Part shown: positions 58,663 through 64,000 of the stretch, piece after piece | Layout of the letters: the number at the start of each line of letters is the position of its first letter | Numbering within the stretch: the stretch's first letter is position 1 | DNA from: an uncultured Bacteroidales bacterium | Lineage (GTDB): Bacteria > Bacteroidota > Bacteroidia > Bacteroidales > UBA1402 | Assembly: GCA_964575345.1 (NCBI GenBank) | Contig: CAZNQD010000001.1 | Location: forward strand, 33,145-97,144 | Length of the DNA stretch: 64,000 bases | Direction of reading: 5' to 3' | Program-made: the position numbers and the translations under genes | Notes under the pieces: model-generated | Told to the model about the DNA's origin: nothing | What the model saw: only the letters and a program-made list of their open reading frames with translations | Database searches by the model: none

Positions 58663-61600
58663 TTGAAAAAGAAAGGTTTTTATTGGCTATTCTCTTTGTT
58701 GGCAATCATTCTTATGCCGCTGCTTTTGCTTAACAACAATAAGTTTCAGCACAAGCTGTTGCAACATTATGCCCGGGTGCTGGCCCTTGAATATAACCTG
58801 GAGCCGGGCTTTGACTCTTTTCATTTTCGTATCGATAAGAACATACTGATTCAGTTTGAGGGGCTAAGGTTTGCAGACAGCCTGGGCCAGGACTTTTTTC
58901 GGGCCGAACGCCTGGATATCAGCCTACAAACTCTGCCTCTTTTGTTTAACAAGCAACTGAATATTACCGATATCAGGCTTATTGAGGCAGATTTTCAACT
59001 TTACAGAATAGACCATGATAGTCCTCTGAACATCGCTTACCTGGGCCCGCTTTTCAAAACTGAGCGTCAAATCTTCAATTCCGTCAGTATATCTTCTCTG
59101 TTACTGAAAGACTGTTCCTTCAGCTACGATGTCATTACTGCAGCAGAACTGTCTTTGGAGCCCATTCGGACAGATAAAAAGGGCTTTGATGTCAATCATA
59201 TAGCAGTTAGGAAACTGAATACAAAACTCTCGGTAGAAATTCCGGGGGAAACTGCCCCAAAGCTTACAATGAACTCTTTTTCCATGGAGGAAGACGGCGG
59301 ATTTGTAATCAACGACCTGATATTAAATGCACTGTTTGACGACAACAGCCTCAAAATGGATAACTTCAGCTTGGTTTTACCTAAATCAAGTATGGAAATA
59401 GACAGCCTGGAGCTTGCCTACGATACTAATTCTGAAGGGCAGCCGGAATCGTTTGTTTTAACGGATCCTGTAGATGTTAACCTGAGTCTGAATTTTTCTG
59501 ATATAGCTGCTTTATTGCCTCCCGATCTGCAACTGGAGAACAGCAGTGCCGACCTTGCATTTACCGTGGTTGGGGGAGAAAATTACCTGGAGTTGAACGA
59601 ACTGCGTTTTCAAATGGATAGCGTGGTGTATTTCAATGGCAACCTGAATATAAACGAAATCAGTGATGAAGAACAATTCAAGTTGCTGTCTACTGTGGAC
59701 TTTTTGCATCTGCAACCGGAAGCTGTCCGCCTGATCCAACGTGTCTTTTCGATCGAAGACAGCGTAATACCCCCCGTAGTTTACAAGCTGGGGGCATTGG
59801 ATTTCTGCGGCGTGATTGCTCTGGAACCTGAGAGCTTGAATTTAAACGGCGATCTGTTGGCCGATCCCGGAAATTTGTCGATACTGGCTCAGGTGGAGTT
59901 TTCTGCTTCGGACGCTATTTATGATTTCAATCTGCACCTGAATTCTGATTCCTATGCTTTGAATAATTTATTTGACAGTCGCATTGCCTTGGGAAAAACA
60001 GCTTTCGAAATAAACATAAACGGGAAAAAAGCAGGAATTGATCCTCCTATTGCCGACTTAAACGCAACATTCAAAACCCTGCAAATAAACAATTACACTT
60101 ATCATTCTATTTTACTGGATGCCTATTACAACGGCCATGGTTTTTACAGTTTGAATCTGAACTCCGGAGATAAAAATTGTGTGCTGGATTTAGCAATATC
60201 ACTGAATAATCTGGGTGACGAAGCTGCCATCAATTGCAGCCTGAATGCCAATCGTATTGATTTACAAAGCTTGAACTGGATGCCGGCCGGAACAGAAAAT
60301 GGTTCTGAACTTTCTTTTAACATGCAGGCCGATTTAAAAGGCAATTCTTCGCAACTGCTGAGGGGGCATCTAAACATAGATTCTCTGCGATTTGAAAACA
60401 ACGGTGAATTGTTTGAACTGAACAATTTCTATGCATTGAGTGGTGAAAATAAAGGAGAACGCTATGTATTACTGAGATCTGACCTGCTCGAAGGCTCGAT
60501 GTATGGACACATTGATATGACAAGCTTGTTGGAAGATGCCCGAAACAAGGCATTCTTACACTACTTCCCCACCCTCTTTCCAGGCATCAGGGGGGATCTG
60601 CACTGCTTAAATAACTACGACTTTCGCTTTAAGCTTAACGATACCAGGACCTTGTCACGGGCACTGAATTTGCCTTTGAGTCTGCCCTCAGGCCTTGCTT
60701 TCGATGGTTATTTCAGAGATGAGTCAGGCTTGTTTGCACTCAATCTGAATTCTGAAGCTATTGAGCTTAACGGATGGCGCATCCGTTCCCTTAAAACTAC
60801 ACTTGATAATCCCTCAGATTCCTTGCAATGGCGTTTTTCGGGAATACTTGAACCTGAAGATACCAGTAGTATAAATGTGGATTTTACAGCCAGAGCCCTG
60901 AATAATGAGTTGCATTGGGAAACCTATTGGCACAGAGATACCGGAGCAGTATATAAAGTTTATTTGAGCAATGATTTGCGATTTGAACGGAAGAATCCTA
61001 CATCGCCTTTGAACATATATTCCACTTTTAATCCTTCGGAACTTGTGTTGAGAGACTCCTTGTGGAAAATGGAATCATCAGATTTACAATGGGATGGAGA
61101 AAAATTGATGGTAAATGATTTTCTGGTACATCACAACAATCAGTACATCAAACTCGATGGAACTTTAGCTGCTGACAACGAGGAGGAGTTTTGGGTTGAT
61201 TTGAATAAGGTCAATCTGGATTATGTATTCGAATTGCTGCCTCAGACCGAAGAATCTCTGCGTCTGGGAGGAAGCATCAGCGGTGCTGCACAAATAATCA
61301 ATTTATTCGAAGAGCCCAAATTAAACGCCTCTTTGAGTGCCGAAAATTTTTCTCTCAACAAAGCGGTCCTGGGAGATTTAAACTTTAATTCAAGCTGGAA
61401 TGAAGAGATTTCCGGTATAGAAATGAACGGTATCTTATTGGACAGAGGATTACAGGTGGCCAAAGCAAAAGGAGGCATATTCCCTGCCGCCGATTCTATT
61501 TATTTGTGGATAGACGCGCAAAAAGCAAGACTCTCCTTTGTGGGCAGCTTTATTGAAGATGTTATTGAGAATCTTGATGGTTACGGCAGCGGATATGTTG

Positions 61601-63195
61601 AAATAGCCGGAACATTGAGCGACGGCAGGGTTGGTGTAAGAAGCGACTGTTATGTGGAAGAGGGAGTAATCGGAGTGGATTTGCTCCATTGCAACTATTA
61701 TTTTAACGACTCCATACACCTGACTCCTGAGGGCCTCTTTTTCAATAATATCAACGCCAGAGACAATGAGGGGAATTTAGCTATAATAAATGGGGCTGTA
61801 AGACATAATTATTTCAAAGATATTGCTTTGGATCTGAATATTCAAACCGAGAAACTTAAAGTTTTTGACATTGAACCTTCCTATGCCGAACAATTCTACG
61901 GCAAAGTATATGCCACCGGGACAGCTGTTTTGAACGGCCCTCTGGAAGACATTCAGATGGATATCAATATGCGCACCGACGAACGCAGCAGTTTTGCCAT
62001 TACCCTGCTTGAAGAATCGGAGGTGAGCGACTACAGTTTTATAGAATTCGTCAATCGCGACAAGGAACCACAAAAAAACAGTCCCGGGGAAGAGCAAAGG
62101 CTGTTGATCCCTATAGCTAGGCAGACTGCCGAACCTCCTTTATACAGGCTTAATATAAACCTGCAGATTGAGGCTACTCCTTCGGCAGAAATTGTATTGG
62201 TTACCGATCCTGCTACCGGAGACGAAATCAGAGGCCGTGGAGCCGGAAGCATCCGCCTGGTGTACGATAATATGGGCGACATGGAGCTTTACGGGCGTTA
62301 CACCCTGGAATCGGGCAGATATGAGTTTATTATTCAAGACCTTTTACGTAGGGATTTTAGTATTCTACAGGGAAGCACCATTAATTTTTCCGGCGACCCA
62401 CTGGAAGCCGATATGAATATTAACGCGATTTATTCGGTTGTAAATGTATCACTAAGTGATTTGCTGGATGAAACAGAAATTGCTGCTTTAAATTTGAATC
62501 GCAGCAGTATACCGGTCAATTGCACTTTGTTGTTAACGGGAGAATTGCAACATCCCAACATCGAACTGGGACTGGACTTTCCTTCGGCCGACGAGGAATT
62601 GAAGCGTCGGGTAATGAATGTAATCAACACCGATGAAATGCTCAACCGGCAAATTGTATATCTGATGCTTCTGAACCGTTTTGCAGCCGCCGAGAACACG
62701 CTGGCCCAGACCGGTAATAACGTAAATGCAGTGGTTGGAGCTACGCTTTCTTCTCTGTCAAGCCAGTTGAACAATATGATATATCAGGCGCTGGGTTCTT
62801 CCTTCCTGACTTTTGACTTTAATTACCGTTACGACGATTTGGTGGCACAAGGCCTGGGAGAATGGCAGTTGGCCATGAGCAGTCAACTAATGGACAATAG
62901 GTTAATCATCAATGGCAACATTGGATCCCGCGAAGACCTGGTCAATAATAATACCCAATTCATCGGTGATTTTGACCTGGAGTATAAATTCTCCCAATCC
63001 GGACGCTGGAGGCTAAAAATGTTCAACCGTTCCAACGACAGTCGATACTTTAAATCGGCCATGACCACTCAGGGCGTGGGTCTGAGATACAGGGAAAGCT
63101 TTAATAATCTCCTGGAATTAAGGCAGCTTTTCGCAGAACGTATTGCTGCCCAAATCATCAAAAGCCTGAACGAATCCGATTTGAAGAAAAAGTAA
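58663..63195 (+). CDS. tamB: Translocation and assembly module protein TamB (DUF490-type)
   Basis: 1510 aa with an N-terminal signal-anchor helix (FYWLFSLLAIILMPLLLL), long beta-rich repeats, and a C-terminal DUF490-like region. The start appears to be TTG 58663, because the first in-frame ATG (58714) would truncate the anchor helix. Confidence 0.8.
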   Translation: MKKKGFYWLFSLLAIILMPLLLLNNNKFQHKLLQHYARVLALEYNLEPGFDSFHFRIDKNILIQFEGLRFADSLGQDFFRAERLDISLQTLPLLFNKQLNITDIRLIEADFQLYRIDHDSPLNIAYLGPLFKTERQIFNSVSISSLLLKDCSFSYDVITAAELSLEPIRTDKKGFDVNHIAVRKLNTKLSVEIPGETAPKLTMNSFSMEEDGGFVINDLILNALFDDNSLKMDNFSLVLPKSSMEIDSLELAYDTNSEGQPESFVLTDPVDVNLSLNFSDIAALLPPDLQLENSSADLAFTVVGGENYLELNELRFQMDSVVYFNGNLNINEISDEEQFKLLSTVDFLHLQPEAVRLIQRVFSIEDSVIPPVVYKLGALDFCGVIALEPESLNLNGDLLADPGNLSILAQVEFSASDAIYDFNLHLNSDSYALNNLFDSRIALGKTAFEININGKKAGIDPPIADLNATFKTLQINNYTYHSILLDAYYNGHGFYSLNLNSGDKNCVLDLAISLNNLGDEAAINCSLNANRIDLQSLNWMPAGTENGSELSFNMQADLKGNSSQLLRGHLNIDSLRFENNGELFELNNFYALSGENKGERYVLLRSDLLEGSMYGHIDMTSLLEDARNKAFLHYFPTLFPGIRGDLHCLNNYDFRFKLNDTRTLSRALNLPLSLPSGLAFDGYFRDESGLFALNLNSEAIELNGWRIRSLKTTLDNPSDSLQWRFSGILEPEDTSSINVDFTARALNNELHWETYWHRDTGAVYKVYLSNDLRFERKNPTSPLNIYSTFNPSELVLRDSLWKMESSDLQWDGEKLMVNDFLVHHNNQYIKLDGTLAADNEEEFWVDLNKVNLDYVFELLPQTEESLRLGGSISGAAQIINLFEEPKLNASLSAENFSLNKAVLGDLNFNSSWNEEISGIEMNGILLDRGLQVAKAKGGIFPAADSIYLWIDAQKARLSFVGSFIEDVIENLDGYGSGYVEIAGTLSDGRVGVRSDCYVEEGVIGVDLLHCNYYFNDSIHLTPEGLFFNNINARDNEGNLAIINGAVRHNYFKDIALDLNIQTEKLKVFDIEPSYAEQFYGKVYATGTAVLNGPLEDIQMDINMRTDERSSFAITLLEESEVSDYSFIEFVNRDKEPQKNSPGEEQRLLIPIARQTAEPPLYRLNINLQIEATPSAEIVLVTDPATGDEIRGRGAGSIRLVYDNMGDMELYGRYTLESGRYEFIIQDLLRRDFSILQGSTINFSGDPLEADMNINAIYSVVNVSLSDLLDETEIAALNLNRSSIPVNCTLLLTGELQHPNIELGLDFPSADEELKRRVMNVINTDEMLNRQIVYLMLLNRFAAAENTLAQTGNNVNAVVGATLSSLSSQLNNMIYQALGSSFLTFDFNYRYDDLVAQGLGEWQLAMSSQLMDNRLIINGNIGSREDLVNNNTQFIGDFDLEYKFSQSGRWRLKMFNRSNDSRYFKSAMTTQGVGLRYRESFNNLLELRQLFAERIAAQIIKSLNESDLKKK

Positions 63196-64000
63196 TTAAT
63201 AAGCCCGGGCAAAAATCACCCTGCGGGCCGAGGGTTTACCGCTAAAAATGCAGGTACCGGGGGTCTGATCCCCGTCCAGAGGAATGCAGCGTATGGTTGC
63301 CTTGGTTTCGTTCTTAACCCTTTCCTCGGTTTCCGGGCTGCCGTCCCAGTGACAGGATAAAAAGCCTCCTTCTTCGATTTTTTCCTTGAATTCATCGTAG
63401 GAATTCACTTCAAAGGTATTTTTGCTGCGGTAGTCCAAGGCTTTTTGGTATATGTTCTGCTGGATATCGTCAAGTAATTTTTTTATATAAAGTTCAATGC
63501 CTTCCATAGAGCGGGTTTCCTTGCTCAAGGTATCACGGCGGGCTACTTCTACGGTATTGTTCTGTAAATCTCTTGCTCCCAGGGCCAGGCGCACGGGAAC
63601 CCCTTTGAGCTCGTATTCAGAAAACTTCCAGCCGGGTTTTTTATTGTCGTTGTTATCGTAACGGACGCTAATGCCTAAATCTTTTAATTTCAGCATTATA
63701 TAGGATACTTTCTCATCTATTTCTTTAAGCTGTTCGGCATTCTTGTAAATGGGAACGATTACAACCTGGAAGGGAGCCAGTGTGGGTGGCAAAACCAGCC
63801 CGTTATCGTCGGAATGACACATAATCAGGGCCCCCATCAAACGGGTTGAAACGCCCCAGGAAGTAGCCCATACGTAGTCGAGTTGGTTATCTTTATTCAG
63901 GAAAGTAACATCAAAAGCTTTGGCGAAGTTTTGTCCCAAAAAGTGCGAGGTGCCCGATTGTAAAGCCTTGCCATCTTGCATCAGTGCTTCGATGGTATAG
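63196..64000 (-). CDS. proS: Proline--tRNA ligase. The C-terminal part is present and the gene runs off the window end.
   Basis: The anticodon-binding region (QVVIVPIY...) and the archaeal/eukaryote-type C-terminal domain ending ...RVIFARAY are present. The reading frame stays open to position 64000. Confidence 0.9.
   Translation of the reverse strand, partial: YTIEALMQDGKALQSGTSHFLGQNFAKAFDVTFLNKDNQLDYVWATSWGVSTRLMGALIMCHSDDNGLVLPPTLAPFQVVIVPIYKNAEQLKEIDEKVSYIMLKLKDLGISVRYDNNDNKKPGWKFSEYELKGVPVRLALGARDLQNNTVEVARRDTLSKETRSMEGIELYIKKLLDDIQQNIYQKALDYRSKNTFEVNSYDEFKEKIEEGGFLSCHWDGSPETEERVKNETKATIRCIPLDGDQTPGTCIFSGKPSARRVIFARAY

Noticed and set aside
1-64000. A scan for CRISPR arrays, rRNA genes, transposases, integrases, phage genes or toxin-antitoxin/defence clusters.
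   Set aside because: I recognised none. Every long ORF has a housekeeping or envelope assignment, and I saw no regularly spaced repeat array.

Overview
This looks like a gene-dense chromosomal core region of a Bacteroidota (Bacteroidia-like) genome. The lineage call rests on 21 intergenic matches to the TAnnTTTG -7 promoter box, no visible Shine-Dalgarno sites, and lineage-typical families (DUF3078, DUF4295, DUF4465, TonB-dependent receptor, archaeal-type ProRS). I support about 50 CDS, mostly housekeeping, in this order: eda-kdgK-uxaC, glnS, TPR, aroE, OPT transporter, gdhA, valS, lipoprotein, mazG, rRNA methyltransferase, phosphoesterase, carboxynorspermidine dehydrogenase-like gene, a TPP-riboswitch locus, glgB, yhcH-like, DUF2461, Kef-type antiporter, glmS, HTH, pyrK-pyrD, trmD, a B12-riboswitch locus, DUF3078, a 2-oxoacid:ferredoxin oxidoreductase operon, ispE, dnaB, tRNA-Arg, patatin-Omp85, htpG, clpC, gyrA, TPR, OM barrel, rimO, ftsY, DUF4295, rpmG, rpmB, cinA, tsaD, tamB, proS. 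There is one tRNA-Arg(ACG) and two riboswitches read directly from sequence: TPP (+ strand) and cobalamin (- strand). I saw no rRNA, CRISPR array, transposase, integrase or prophage genes. I found no clear novel multi-gene system. The observations most worth a second look are:
- a cobalamin riboswitch driving only a stand-alone DUF4465/BtuH-like lipoprotein, through an unusually long leader;
- an unannotated 56-codon membrane ORF wedged between the alpha and beta subunits of the oxidoreductase operon;
- a terminator-like hairpin containing a 5-codon mini-ORF in the uxaC leader;
- an ~850 bp AT-rich, palindrome-rich non-coding stretch between glmS and an HTH gene;
- a TPP riboswitch-TBDT-thiamine pyrophosphokinase unit with no inner-membrane transporter gene.
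All calls come from reading the sequence and from recalled family motifs. No searches were run.
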